From an uncultured Arcobacter sp. (lineage in GTDB: Bacteria; Campylobacterota; Campylobacteria; Campylobacterales; Arcobacteraceae), in contig OZ223300.1 in NCBI GenBank assembly GCA_965140705.1, forward strand, positions 96,001 through 160,000: 64,000 nucleotides of DNA. The letters run 5' to 3'. Below, one piece after another: positions 9,877 through 20,773 of the stretch (the first letter of the stretch is position 1; each line of letters starts with the position of its first letter). Below the pieces are notes generated by a model, which did no database searches, was not told the origin of the DNA, and saw only the letters and a list, made by a program, of their open reading frames with translations. Both the position numbers and the translations under genes were made by a program.

Positions 9877-10329
9877 ATGTTAAAAAAACTTTTATTTTTA
9901 CCCCTATTTGCTATTATTTTATATGCAAATAGTTTTGAGGTAAATCAGAACATAGGAACTTTTTCATTACCAAATCAATTTGATAAAAAACAGACAATAG
10001 ATAGTTCTATTACTACTATTTTAGTATCTTTTGAAAAGGGAACAGGAAAAGATGTAAATCAATTCTTAGCTAGTAAAGACAAAGATTTTTTAAAAAATCA
10101 CCATGCAGTTTTTATTGCAAATATTTCAGGAATGCCCTCAATTATAACAAGAATGTTCGCCTTACCTAAGATGAGAGATTATAAACATAGTGTTTTACTA
10201 ATTTATGATGATGACGACAAAAGATTTGTAAGCCAAGAGGGTAAAACAACCCTTTACAAGCTAAAAGATGGTGTGATAAAATCTATTTCTTTTATCACAA
10301 AAGATGATTTGGAAAAAGTATTTCAATGA
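9877..10329 (+). CDS. Exported hypothetical protein, redoxin-like fold without Cys
   Basis: Signal peptide; FSLPNQFD start typical of redoxin-like folds; no CxxC. Confidence 0.5.
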   Translation: MLKKLLFLPLFAIILYANSFEVNQNIGTFSLPNQFDKKQTIDSSITTILVSFEKGTGKDVNQFLASKDKDFLKNHHAVFIANISGMPSIITRMFALPKMRDYKHSVLLIYDDDDKRFVSQEGKTTLYKLKDGVIKSISFITKDDLEKVFQ

Positions 10330-11057
10330 AACTACCCTCACTAAAGGAAATTGAAGTATTTGTAAAAGCCCATGAATTAGAGGGCTTAAAAATACTTCAC
10401 CTTAGTGATATTCATATTAATAAAAAAACTTCCCTAAAAAATATTCAAGATTTAGTAACTCTTTGTAATCTTTGTGAAGCTGATTTTATAGTTATCACAG
10501 GGGATATTATTGATTGTAAAGTTATATATATACTTGATAAACTAAAAGTATTAAATAGTATAGAAAAAAAAGTTTTTTATATAAGTGGAAATCATGATTT
10601 ATTTTATGGTTTTGAGGAGTTAAAACCTTTACTAGAAAATTTTATACTCTTGGATAATGAGACTTACTTTTTAGAATATAAAAATACAAAAATAGCCCTA
10701 GCAGGCTTGAGTGATAGATTCTCAAAATTTTTTAAAATCAAAAGAGAAGAAAACAAAGTTATAAACTTTTTAAGTGCTTATAAAAACTCTATTTTTATAG
10801 CCCACCAACCAAAAGATTATAAGTTTGCTTTAAAAGCCAATGCCAAACTCTTTTTATGTGGACATACACATGGCGGTCAAATTTACCCCTTTCACTATGT
10901 TGTTAGACTCTTTCAACCTTTTTTAGCAGGGCTTTTTTATATAAAACAAACAGCTATTTATGTAAATAAGGGCTTAGGATATTGGGGTATAGATTTTAGA
11001 TATAAAGCAAATAGTGAAATTACTTTATTAAAATTAACATCAAAAAGTGTAGAATAA
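10326..11057 (+). CDS. Metallophosphoesterase (calcineurin-like, YkuE/YaeI type)
   Basis: SDIH, TGDIID, GNHD, CGHTHGGQ motifs. Confidence 0.92.
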   Translation: MKLPSLKEIEVFVKAHELEGLKILHLSDIHINKKTSLKNIQDLVTLCNLCEADFIVITGDIIDCKVIYILDKLKVLNSIEKKVFYISGNHDLFYGFEELKPLLENFILLDNETYFLEYKNTKIALAGLSDRFSKFFKIKREENKVINFLSAYKNSIFIAHQPKDYKFALKANAKLFLCGHTHGGQIYPFHYVVRLFQPFLAGLFYIKQTAIYVNKGLGYWGIDFRYKANSEITLLKLTSKSVE

Positions 11058-11061
11058 TCAA

Positions 11062-11730
11062 ATGAAAATTTTAATAATCGAAGATGATGTAAAAATCGTA
11101 AATTTTTTAAAAAAAGGCTTAGAAGAAGAGTCTTATAGTATAGATTATTCACACAATGGTGAAGAGGGATTATATTTAGCAAGTGTCAATAGCTATGATT
11201 TGATTTTGCTTGATATTATGCTTCCATTACTTGATGGAATAGAAGTGTGCAAAAAATTGAGAGCTGAAAAAATACATACTCCCATTATAATGCTAACAGC
11301 AAAGGATAGTATTGAAGATACTATAAAAGGCTTAGATATTGGGGCAAATGATTATTTACCTAAACCTTTCTCTTTTTCTGAACTATTAGCAAGAATAAGA
11401 GTGCAATTAAGGGCAAAAGATTCAACTCAAACCACTCTAAAAATAGCAGATTTGGAGCTTGACCTCCTTGCAAAAACAGCAAAAAGAGCGGGTGAAGATA
11501 TAACTTTAACGGCAAAAGAGTTTTCACTTTTAGAATATTTAATCAAAAACCAAAATAAAGTATTATCAGAAACAGTATTAGCTTCAATGCTTAATAATAT
11601 GGATGAATCAAATATTAGTAATCTTGTAAATGTCTATATTTATAGACTAAGAAATAAAATAGATAAACCTTATGAAAAAAAACTCATAAAAACAATTAGA
11701 GGATTAGGATTTAAAATAGATGCTCAATAA
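11062..11730 (+). CDS. OmpR-family response regulator (CusR/CzcR-like)
   Basis: IEDD, LLDIMLP, LTAKD, KPF, winged-helix C-terminus TIRGLGF. Confidence 0.95.
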   Translation: MKILIIEDDVKIVNFLKKGLEEESYSIDYSHNGEEGLYLASVNSYDLILLDIMLPLLDGIEVCKKLRAEKIHTPIIMLTAKDSIEDTIKGLDIGANDYLPKPFSFSELLARIRVQLRAKDSTQTTLKIADLELDLLAKTAKRAGEDITLTAKEFSLLEYLIKNQNKVLSETVLASMLNNMDESNISNLVNVYIYRLRNKIDKPYEKKLIKTIRGLGFKIDAQ

Positions 11731-13090
11731 GCTATCAATCAAACGAAAACTACTTATTTATAATGTTTTAATACAAGGCTTTATTTTAATAATTCTATCT
11801 TTTTCTATTTATAAAACTTTGCAAGTTTCAACTATAGATAAAATAGAGAGTTCCTTAAAAGTAATTATTTTAGATATTACAGATGATATTATTGATCACA
11901 AAAATGAACTTTCCGATTTGAGTTTTAATGAAGAGAATGAGTACAAATTTAAACCTTTGTATATAAGATTATTGGATGTAAATAAAGAACCAAAAGTGAT
12001 AAGTCCTTCATATTTTCCAAGTTCAATACCCTTTACATTTAATCATATACAAAATAATACTATTCACTTTGTAGAACACGAGAATTATATACTTGGCGAA
12101 ATAAAATTTAAGATGAAAGGTGAAACTTATATCTTACAAGTTGCTACTGATTATAAAGTATTAAATCATACTATGGAAAATCTATTTTATATCTTATTAT
12201 TCATTGTTCCTATTATTTTGATTTTTTCTATTATTGGTGGATATTTTTTGATTTACAAATCTTTTGCACCCATTGAAAAGATACTTTTTGATTTGAAAAA
12301 AATAAATGCCACGACCTTAAGTGAGCGATTAAAAAGTTCAAATACTAAAGATGAAATTTCACAACTTTCAAATGAAATCAATAGTCTACTTCAAAGACTT
12401 GAAATATCCTTTGACAAAATAAATCAATTCTCAAGTGATGCCTCCCATGAACTTAAAACTCCTCTTACAATTATTAGGGGTGAAATAGAAATAGCCCTTA
12501 GAAAAGATAGAGATTCTAAAGAGTACAAAGAGACATTAAATGTCTGTTTAGATGAAGTTTTGATGATACAAAACACTATCGATGATTTACTTTTTTTAGC
12601 CAAAAATGAAAATAACAAAGATGTTTATAAAGAAGATGCATATATAGATGAGATAACAACTGATGCAATAAAAGAGTTAAGCCCCTATGCAAAATTAAAA
12701 AATATAAATATCCAATCCCAAATAAAAGATATTTTTCAAATAAAAGGGCATCCAAAACTTCTAAAAATAGCTATTAAAAATATTCTTAAAAATGCTATCT
12801 CTTTTAGTCATGAAAATTCTGATGTAATCATAAAAAACTATATAAAAGATGACAAATTTATTGTTAGTATTGAAGATAAAGGAATAGGAATAGCACAAGA
12901 AGAACAAACTAAAATATTTGAAAAGTTTTATAGAACAGATAAAAGTAGAAATAAAGAATCTGGTGGGACAGGATTAGGAATGGCAATAGTTGAAAAAATC
13001 ATCTCAAGCCATAATGGGAAAATTGATTTAAAAAGTAGTGAAAACAAAGGTACAACTGTAAAGCTAATCTTTACAAAAAACAGGTTCTAA
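11720..13090 (+). CDS. Sensor histidine kinase (CusS/CzcS-like)
   Basis: Two TMs, HAMP, H-box DASHELKTPL, GTGLGM. Confidence 0.95.
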   Translation: MLNKLSIKRKLLIYNVLIQGFILIILSFSIYKTLQVSTIDKIESSLKVIILDITDDIIDHKNELSDLSFNEENEYKFKPLYIRLLDVNKEPKVISPSYFPSSIPFTFNHIQNNTIHFVEHENYILGEIKFKMKGETYILQVATDYKVLNHTMENLFYILLFIVPIILIFSIIGGYFLIYKSFAPIEKILFDLKKINATTLSERLKSSNTKDEISQLSNEINSLLQRLEISFDKINQFSSDASHELKTPLTIIRGEIEIALRKDRDSKEYKETLNVCLDEVLMIQNTIDDLLFLAKNENNKDVYKEDAYIDEITTDAIKELSPYAKLKNINIQSQIKDIFQIKGHPKLLKIAIKNILKNAISFSHENSDVIIKNYIKDDKFIVSIEDKGIGIAQEEQTKIFEKFYRTDKSRNKESGGTGLGMAIVEKIISSHNGKIDLKSSENKGTTVKLIFTKNRF

Positions 13091-13225
13091 ATCCCATTTA
13101 TTTTGTGATTTTGAACTTTTTGGCTACAATTCCACCAAAAGATACTCTTATTGGGGAATTTCCCTCAAAACTTAAGAAAACAATCAAATTTATAAATTTT
13201 AGATTTTAAAAATAGTGGAGAACAG

Positions 13226-14722
13226 ATGGTAAAAAAATATTTTAAAAGGGATGAGTGGTTCAGCAATATCAGAGGAGATACTCTCTCTGGGCTTGTTGTT
13301 GCATTAGCTTTAATTCCTGAAGCAATAGCCTTTTCAATTATTGCAGGAGTTGATCCTAAAATTGGACTTTATGCTTCATTTTGTATAGCTGTTGTAATCT
13401 CATTTGTGGGTGGTCGTCCAGGAATGATAAGTGCTGCAACTGGAGCTATGGCACTTGTAATGGTGAGCTTAGTAAAAGATTATGGTTTGCAGTATTTATT
13501 GGCAGCTACTCTTTTAACAGGTATATTTCAAATAATCGCCGGATACTTAAAACTTGGAAGATTTATGAGTTTTGTTCCAAGAGCTGTTGTAATTGGTTTT
13601 GTAAATGCTTTGGCCATTTTAATTTTTATGGCCCAATTACCTGAACTTACAAATGTAACTTGGCATGTTTATGCTCTTACAGCCCTTGGACTTGCAATTA
13701 TCTATTTATTTCCTTATGTTCCAAAAATCGGGAAAATCATTCCTTCGCCACTTGTTACAATTATTACTTTAACACTTATTGTACTTTTTTTAGGAATTGA
13801 TGTAAGAACTGTTGGAGATATGGGAGAACTTCCTGATACTTTACCTATATTTTTATTTCCAGATATTCCATTAAATCTCAATACTTTACTTATCATCCTT
13901 CCTTACTCTGTTTCACTAGCAGTTGTTGGTCTTTTAGAATCACTTATGACATCAACTATAGTTGATGAATTAACAGATACTAAAAGTGAGAAAAATAGAG
14001 AATGTACAGGTCAAGGTATTGCAAATATTGCCTCTGGACTTTTAGGAGGAATGGCTGGATGTGCTATGATTGGGCAATCAGTTATCAATATAAAATCAGG
14101 TGGACGAACAAGGTTATCAACTTTTTTAGCTGGAGTATTTTTACTTATTATGGTTGTATTTTTAAGTGGCATAATCTCAGTAATTCCAATGGCTGCTTTA
14201 GTTTCTGTTATGATTATGGTTTCAATTGGAACCTTTGATTGGGGTTCATTTAGAAATTTAAAAACTCTACCCCTATCAACAAACTTAGTAATGCTTACAA
14301 CCGTTTGTGTAACAGTTTATACCCATAACTTAGCCCATGGTGTTTTCTCAGGTGTACTATTAGCTTCACTATTTTTTGCTAATAAAATCTCTCACTTTAT
14401 GTATAATGAAACTTCATACAATGAAGATAATACAATTAAAACTTACAAATTTGTAGGTCAAGTATTTTTTAATAGTGCTGATAAGTTTTATGCAGCCTTT
14501 GATTTTAAAGAGGTTTTGGATAAAGTTATTATTGACTTAACTCGTGCACATTTTTGGGATATTTCAGCTGTAAATGCACTTGATAAAGCAGTTATAAAAT
14601 TAAGACGAGAAGGTGCAGAAGTTGAAATAATCGGTCAAAATGAAGCTAGTAAAACTATTATTGATAGATTTGGAATTCATGATGATCCAGAGGAAATTGA
14701 AAAAGTAATGGGAGGACACTAA
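13226..14722 (+). CDS. SulP family inorganic anion transporter with STAS domain
   Basis: [28 protein letters not shown]-terminal STAS. Confidence 0.95.
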   Translation: MVKKYFKRDEWFSNIRGDTLSGLVVALALIPEAIAFSIIAGVDPKIGLYASFCIAVVISFVGGRPGMISAATGAMALVMVSLVKDYGLQYLLAATLLTGIFQIIAGYLKLGRFMSFVPRAVVIGFVNALAILIFMAQLPELTNVTWHVYALTALGLAIIYLFPYVPKIGKIIPSPLVTIITLTLIVLFLGIDVRTVGDMGELPDTLPIFLFPDIPLNLNTLLIILPYSVSLAVVGLLESLMTSTIVDELTDTKSEKNRECTGQGIANIASGLLGGMAGCAMIGQSVINIKSGGRTRLSTFLAGVFLLIMVVFLSGIISVIPMAALVSVMIMVSIGTFDWGSFRNLKTLPLSTNLVMLTTVCVTVYTHNLAHGVFSGVLLASLFFANKISHFMYNETSYNEDNTIKTYKFVGQVFFNSADKFYAAFDFKEVLDKVIIDLTRAHFWDISAVNALDKAVIKLRREGAEVEIIGQNEASKTIIDRFGIHDDPEEIEKVMGGH

Positions 14723-14723
14723 A

Positions 14724-15557
14724 ATGAGTTCAAAAAAAGTTTTAGTATGTATTGATGATTCTTCATATTGTAAAGCAGCTTGTGAATATGGAGTCTATAT
14801 CGCTAAGCTTCACAATTTACCACTTGTCTTATTAAATGTAGTAGATCATTTACATGTTTCGAAAAAAGTTGATTTATCAGGAAATATTGGATTTGGGTCA
14901 AAGGAGACTTTACTTGAAGAACTTAGTCTTGAAGAGCAAGAAGAGAGTAAAAAACTTATAAGTAAAGGACGAACTCTTTTAAAAAATTTTAGTGACTATG
15001 CGAAGGAGCAAGGAATTGAAAATCTTTTTTCACTTCAAAGACATGGGAATTTTGAAGAGAATCTTGAAGATTTAGAAAAAGAGACTTTTATTGCAATCAT
15101 TGGTTTTGATAAAAATAGTAAAAACCTTGAAGACATCATTAGAGCGCTTACTCTTCCAATACTAATAGTAAACTCTGAATTTTTTCCTATTAATTCGATT
15201 TTAATGGCATATGATGGCTCTGATTATGCAAATAAAGCTATCTATGAGGCTACAAAAGAGCCAATATTTCCAAATATCACAAGACATATAGTAAATATAA
15301 ACAAAGATACACAAAACTCACAAAAGTTATTAAGTGAAGCTAAAAATCTTTTTGCTAAAGCAGATTTTGAAATACAAACTTCTTCATTGGAAGGGAATAA
15401 TAAGGTTGAAGAGATATTAAATTATCAAAGAAACAATAAGCTAGATATTATAGCTATGGGTGCCTATAGTCACAATAGATTAAAAAGTGTTTTATTTGGT
15501 AGTTTCACTTCAAAAATGTTAGAAAAAGTAGAAAGACCCCTACTTCTTTTTAGATAA
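14724..15557 (+). CDS. Universal stress protein (tandem Usp domains)
   Basis: VLVCIDDS, MAYDGS, MGAYSHNRLKSVLFGS. Confidence 0.92.
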   Translation: MSSKKVLVCIDDSSYCKAACEYGVYIAKLHNLPLVLLNVVDHLHVSKKVDLSGNIGFGSKETLLEELSLEEQEESKKLISKGRTLLKNFSDYAKEQGIENLFSLQRHGNFEENLEDLEKETFIAIIGFDKNSKNLEDIIRALTLPILIVNSEFFPINSILMAYDGSDYANKAIYEATKEPIFPNITRHIVNINKDTQNSQKLLSEAKNLFAKADFEIQTSSLEGNNKVEEILNYQRNNKLDIIAMGAYSHNRLKSVLFGSFTSKMLEKVERPLLLFR

Positions 15558-15646
15558 TATTCTAAAAAGAAGTTAATTAACTATACGTTAACTACTTATT
15601 AATTTAACTTAAATAAAATTCTATTAACATTAATATGAGGAATAAA

Positions 15647-17245
15647 ATGAAAAATCTTACACAATACAAATTAATACTTTTTGTAGCTATATTTTTAACT
15701 ACATTCTTTAATCTCTCTTTTTTTAAGAGTATTTTGGAAGTATATACCTTCTCTGGATCAAATATCATATACATAATATCTATTGCCTTTGTTTTTTTGG
15801 CTTTAATTGTATTTTTATTTTCACTAGTAGCAACTAAATATACTACCAAACCTATTTTAATAATTGTACTGATTGTATCATCCTTTACTGCATATTTTAT
15901 GGATACATATCATGTTGTAATTGATACAGAGATGATAAGAAACACACTACAAACTAACTTAAGTGAATCAAGTGATTTATTTAGTTTTCAACTTGTACTT
16001 TATGTGTTATTTTTAGGGCTTATACCTTCAATTCTTATTTATAAATTAAATATTAATTATAGACCATTAAAAACTGAAATCTTTGCAAAACTTAAAACTC
16101 TAATTATTTCATTATTAGTAATTGTCATAATAATTCTTAGTTTTAGTAAATTTTATACTTCATTTTTTAGAGAACATAAACCTTTAAGATACCATGCTAA
16201 CCCTATATTTTGGATATATAGTATTGGTAATTATATAAATAAAACTATAAATAGTGGTCCATTAGTTTTAGAAATAATTGGTAAGGATGCAAAATTTTCA
16301 CCAGAAGAGTATAAAAGTCCAAAGAAAGAACTTCTTATTATGGTGGTGGGAGAAGCTGCAAGAGCTAATAGATTCTCTTTAAATGGTTATAAAAGAGAAA
16401 CTAATCCTCTATTAAAAAAAGAAGACATAATAAACTTCCCAAATATGTATTCATGTGGTACTTCAACAGCAGTTTCTGTTCCATGTATGTTTTCTGTATA
16501 TCCAAGAAGTGAATACACTTATAAAAAAGGTATCTCAACTGAAAATGTAATTGATATTTTAAATAATACAAAAAAAGTAAATATACTTTGGAGAGATAAT
16601 AATTCTGATTCAAAGGGTGTGGCACTTAGAGTTAACTATCAAAACTTTAAAGACCCTAAAGTAAATACAATATGCGGAGATGGAGAGTGTAGAGATGAGG
16701 GTATGCTTGTAGGTCTTGATAAATTTATTGAAAAGCATAAAAATGAAGATATACTTATTGTTCTTCACCAAATGGGAAATCATGGACCAGCATATTACAA
16801 AAGATATCCAAAAGAGTTTGAAAAATTTAAACCAGTTTGTAAAACTAATCAATTGGAAAAATGTACACAAGAAGAAGTTGGTAATGCTTACGATAATGCA
16901 ATACTTTATACTGATTATTTTTTATCAAAAACAATAAACTTTTTAAAACCTTATTCAAATGATTATCATACAGGTCTAATTTATATGAGTGACCATGGAG
17001 AAAGCTTAGGAGAAAATGGCTTATATTTACATGGAATGCCTTATCTTATTGCACCAGATGAACAAAGACATATAGGTGCTCTAATGTGGTTTGGAGATGA
17101 TGATATAAATACTCAAAAACTAAAGACATATTCTGATAAAAGATTTTCACAAGATAATCTTTTTCATACACTTTTAGGTTTTTTTGAACTTGAAACAAAT
17201 GTTTATAAAAAAAATATGGATATATTAGCAAATGCAAGAAAGTAA
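15647..17245 (+). CDS. eptA: Lipid A phosphoethanolamine transferase
   Basis: Five TMs then sulfatase domain: VVGEAAR, SCGTSTAVSVPCMFS, HQMGNHGPAY, SDHGESLGE. Confidence 0.93.
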   Translation: MKNLTQYKLILFVAIFLTTFFNLSFFKSILEVYTFSGSNIIYIISIAFVFLALIVFLFSLVATKYTTKPILIIVLIVSSFTAYFMDTYHVVIDTEMIRNTLQTNLSESSDLFSFQLVLYVLFLGLIPSILIYKLNINYRPLKTEIFAKLKTLIISLLVIVIIILSFSKFYTSFFREHKPLRYHANPIFWIYSIGNYINKTINSGPLVLEIIGKDAKFSPEEYKSPKKELLIMVVGEAARANRFSLNGYKRETNPLLKKEDIINFPNMYSCGTSTAVSVPCMFSVYPRSEYTYKKGISTENVIDILNNTKKVNILWRDNNSDSKGVALRVNYQNFKDPKVNTICGDGECRDEGMLVGLDKFIEKHKNEDILIVLHQMGNHGPAYYKRYPKEFEKFKPVCKTNQLEKCTQEEVGNAYDNAILYTDYFLSKTINFLKPYSNDYHTGLIYMSDHGESLGENGLYLHGMPYLIAPDEQRHIGALMWFGDDDINTQKLKTYSDKRFSQDNLFHTLLGFFELETNVYKKNMDILANARK

Positions 17246-17927
17246 TAAATATATATTATTTACAATTATTTGTTTAGTATTAACTATTGCTCTTTTTCAA
17301 TATACTTCTTTGGATATCTATGTACAAAATTACTTTTTTCAAATAGATACCCATAGTTGGATATTAAATAGAGATGAACCTATATTAAGACTTTTGTTAT
17401 ACACTGGAATGAAAAAAGTTCTTATTACTTTTGCACTTTCTGTACTTTTAGTTTTTATTCTTTTTAGAAAAAAAGAACTTATAAAAAGATACAGAAATGG
17501 CATTATCATTTTTATTCTTAGTTCTATATTTGTGCCCTTAGTTGCTGCTACATTAAAAGATATTACAAATACTCCTTGTCCAAAAAATTTAGAGCACTAT
17601 GGCGGAAGATATCCAGATATAAAGATTTTAGATTCTTATCCAAAAGATTTTGTTCAAGAAAGAAGAATCAAATGTTGGCCAGCAGGACATGCAAGTGGTG
17701 GCTTTGCTCTTATGGCACTATTTTTTCTTTTTAAAAAAAGAAAAAATAAAATAATTGCTTTAGGATTTGGTCTTTTTATTGGTTGGAGTATGGGACTTTA
17801 TAAAATGCTTATAGGCGATCACTTTTTAAGTCATACTATAGTTACCATGCTTTTAGCTTGGCTTATAATTTTAATAATTGCAAAAATAGTACAAAGGAAA
17901 GAACTTGAGAAACCAACCCAAATATAA
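17232..17927 (+). CDS. PAP2 family phosphatase
   Basis: LK...TPCP, CWPAGHASGG, GDHFLSH. Confidence 0.9.
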   Translation: MQESNKYILFTIICLVLTIALFQYTSLDIYVQNYFFQIDTHSWILNRDEPILRLLLYTGMKKVLITFALSVLLVFILFRKKELIKRYRNGIIIFILSSIFVPLVAATLKDITNTPCPKNLEHYGGRYPDIKILDSYPKDFVQERRIKCWPAGHASGGFALMALFFLFKKRKNKIIALGFGLFIGWSMGLYKMLIGDHFLSHTIVTMLLAWLIILIIAKIVQRKELEKPTQI

Positions 17928-18264
17928 CTTTTTTAAAAATACCTCTTATGCGTTAAAAGGCTTACTTGATTTAATAAAGACAGAAACCTCTTTTAAAATA
18001 GAACTTATTATTACTATCATTTTATTACCGACCCTATTTTTTATAGATACAACACTTACCAATAAACTTTTGATGTTTATTACTTTGATGGGTATGATTT
18101 TAGCAGAGACTACAAATAGTGCCATTGAAAGAGTTGTTGATCTTGTAACCTTAGACCATCATAAGATGGCAGGACGAGCAAAAGATGTTGGAAGTGCTAT
18201 TGTATTTATTAGTATCTTTATTTTTATTGTGACTTGGAGTTGTATATTACTTTCTAAATTGTAA
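17905..18264 (+). CDS. dgkA: Diacylglycerol kinase
   Basis: ETTNSAIERVVDL, AGRAKDVGSA. Confidence 0.93.
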   Translation: MRNQPKYNFFKNTSYALKGLLDLIKTETSFKIELIITIILLPTLFFIDTTLTNKLLMFITLMGMILAETTNSAIERVVDLVTLDHHKMAGRAKDVGSAIVFISIFIFIVTWSCILLSKL

Positions 18265-18343
18265 AGAAAGTGTCAAGAAAACCTTCTACTACCCTTTAAG
18301 CTTTTATTTTATACTTACAATATAAAAATATAAAGGCTTAAAG

Positions 18344-18751
18344 ATGAAACTACTAATTCTTCTAGGATTAATTCTAAATCTAACTTATGCTTCTGTTGTT
18401 GATGATTATTTAAATGATCTCAAAGTAGAAGTTCAAAAATCAGATCCAAACTTCAAAGAATTTGATATAAAAAGAGGTGAAGAGATTTTCACATCAAAAC
18501 ATATGGGGAAAAAAGGTAAAGAGATAGCATGTACTTCTTGCCATGGTATTGACTTAACAAAATCAGGTAAAAACTTTTTCACTGGAAAAGTAATAGAACC
18601 ACTATCTCCACTAGCCAATCCAAAAAGATTTACTAAAGTCAAAAATATAGAAAAATGGTTAAGAAGAAATTTCAATGATGTTTATAAAAGAGTTGGCACA
18701 GCACAAGAAAAAGGTGATGTTGTAACTTATATATTGTCAAAGGATAAATAA
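18344..18751 (+). CDS. Monoheme cytochrome c (DUF1924 / Sphaeroides heme protein-like)
   Basis: Signal peptide, CTSCH, PLSPLANPKRFT, KWLRRN. Confidence 0.85.
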   Translation: MKLLILLGLILNLTYASVVDDYLNDLKVEVQKSDPNFKEFDIKRGEEIFTSKHMGKKGKEIACTSCHGIDLTKSGKNFFTGKVIEPLSPLANPKRFTKVKNIEKWLRRNFNDVYKRVGTAQEKGDVVTYILSKDK

Positions 18752-19266
18752 TGAAAGCTTTAATAATATTGACTTTACTAAGTTCACTAATTTTTGCAGA
18801 AAATCATTATTCTAATGGAAAACCTGGAGTAAAACCTGTAGATAATAAAATCTATAAACTAGAGTGTAGTGCTTGTCACTTTGCATATCAACCAGGTCTT
18901 TTACCAGCAGCTTCTTGGAATAAGATGATGAATAATTTAGAAAATCACTTTGACACTGATGCAAGCCTTGCAAAAGAAGATTTTAAAATCATAAAAGAGT
19001 ATTTAAATAAAAATAGTGCTGAAAAGGCTATGGAATACAGAAGAAGTAATAAAATTGTAAGAAGTATAAGAAGTGGAGATATTCCAGAATCTATTTCTAA
19101 AGTACCATATATCATCAGAAAACATGATGAAATTAGACACTCACTAATATCTCAAAAAGAGGTAAAAGGCTTATTTAACTGTGTAGCTTGTCATACCACA
19201 GCCGAAAGAGGAATATACAGTGAAAGAGATATAAAAATTCCAAACTATGGAAGATGGGATGATTAG
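18751..19266 (+). CDS. Dihaem cytochrome c (DHC)
   Basis: CSACHFAYQPGLLP, NHFDTDASL, NCVACH. Confidence 0.9.
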   Translation: MKALIILTLLSSLIFAENHYSNGKPGVKPVDNKIYKLECSACHFAYQPGLLPAASWNKMMNNLENHFDTDASLAKEDFKIIKEYLNKNSAEKAMEYRRSNKIVRSIRSGDIPESISKVPYIIRKHDEIRHSLISQKEVKGLFNCVACHTTAERGIYSERDIKIPNYGRWDD

Positions 19267-19274
19267 GAGATAAG

Positions 19275-20394
19275 ATGCAAAAGATATATATTTGGTCACT
19301 ACCAACAAGAGTATTTCACTTTTTATTTGCTTTTTTTATTTTATTAGTATTTATTTCAAGTGAAGAAGATAGATGGTTATCATACCATGCAATAATTGGA
19401 TATGCAATATTTATACTTTTGTTATTTAGATTAGCATGGGGAATTTTTGGTCCAAAACACTCAAAATTTAAAGACTTCCCAATGGGCAAAAAAAATATAA
19501 AAGAGTTTTTAAATAATATCTTTGAAGATAAACAAAAATACATAGGTCACAACCCAATAGCTTCTTATGTCATGATAAGCATGCTTGTTGTTTGCTTTTT
19601 TGCAGTTATAACTGGAGTTTTAGCATATGGTATACAAGAGGGTAAAGGAATATTTGCATATTTAAATAGCTCTTTTTTTGAAGATATGAAATTATTTAAA
19701 CATATTCATGAATTTTTATCAACTCTATTTTTGGTACTTTTAGCTTCACATATACTAGGAGTAATAAGTGATAGAATACTTCATAAAAAACATGAAACAC
19801 TAAACTCTATAGTAACAGGTTATAAAAAAAGTGAAAATGAGCAGGGAATAAAACTAAATATTTTTCAAAAATTTTTAGCTTTTATGTTTTTAGTTATTCT
19901 TGTTTCTTTTTTCATATTTAATATTGTAAAACCAGATAATGTATTAATAGCTTCAACTTTTAAAGCAGTAGATTATAAAAAAGAAAACCCTCTTTTTGTA
20001 AGCGAGTGTGCATCGTGCCATACTCTGTATCCCTCCAAATTTATTGCCTGAGAAATCATGGAGAATATTGATGGGAGATTTAAAGAATCATTTTGGAGAT
20101 GATGCAAGCTTAGATGCAAAAGATGAAAAAATTATCTTAGACTTTTTAGTAAAATATAGTGCTGAAAAATCTACAAAAAAAGCTAGTTTCAAAATTCTAA
20201 AGTCTATAGGAAATAAAGATATAATAGCCATGACTCAAACAACTTATTGGAAAAAGAAACATGAAGATATTCCAAAAAGTGTATTTTTAAATAAAGAAGT
20301 TAAAAGTAAAGCCAACTGTAAAGCTTGCCATAGTGATGTGGAGAAAGGATTAATTGAAAATGATAAAATTAAAAATATTAGCTCTTTTATGTAG
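19275..20394 (+). CDS. Cytochrome b (Ni-hydrogenase b-type family) fused to dihaem cytochrome c; +1 frameshift at 20031-20033
   Basis: WSLPTRVFH, GHNP, HIHE, then CASCHTLY; removing one C from TATCCCTCC restores YPPNLLP...HFGDDASL...CKACH. Confidence 0.85.
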
Positions 20395-20773
20395 CATTAT
20401 TTTCACTACTAATCTTTTTGCAGATAAATATGAACATCATGAAAGAGATGAAAAGGTTAAACATCATATTTATAAAAACTTAGATTATCTAAATCTTGAC
20501 AAAAACCAATTAGCCAAGCTAAAAGAGGTATTAAAAAAATATAAAATAGAATCTAAAAAATTTTATAAATTTGAAAGAAAAAAAGAGAAAGAATTAACTC
20601 AAATAATTGGGAAAAGAGATTTTGATGAAAAAGCCTATGAAAAAGTTTTAGATGAGATTAATCAAAAATCTAAAGAGATAGAGATAAAAAATCTAAAAAA
20701 GATTCATGATATTTTAAATGATGAACAAAAAGAGAAATTTTCTCACTTTTTAAAGGAGTGGAGAATTGAATAG
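20360..20773 (+). CDS. Periplasmic Spy/CpxP-like protein
   Basis: Signal peptide, His-rich start, LNLDKNQ and ILNDEQKEKF (LTxEQ-like) motifs, helical charged body. Confidence 0.7.
   Translation: MIKLKILALLCSIIFTTNLFADKYEHHERDEKVKHHIYKNLDYLNLDKNQLAKLKEVLKKYKIESKKFYKFERKKEKELTQIIGKRDFDEKAYEKVLDEINQKSKEIEIKNLKKIHDILNDEQKEKFSHFLKEWRIE

Noticed and set aside
13121..13225. Riboswitch in the SulP leader
   Set aside because: Only a short GGGGAA/TTCCC hairpin; I could not match it to a known aptamer
20008..20394. Separate 128-aa gene from the ORF track
   Set aside because: It is the frameshifted C-terminal half of the cytochrome b-DHC fusion
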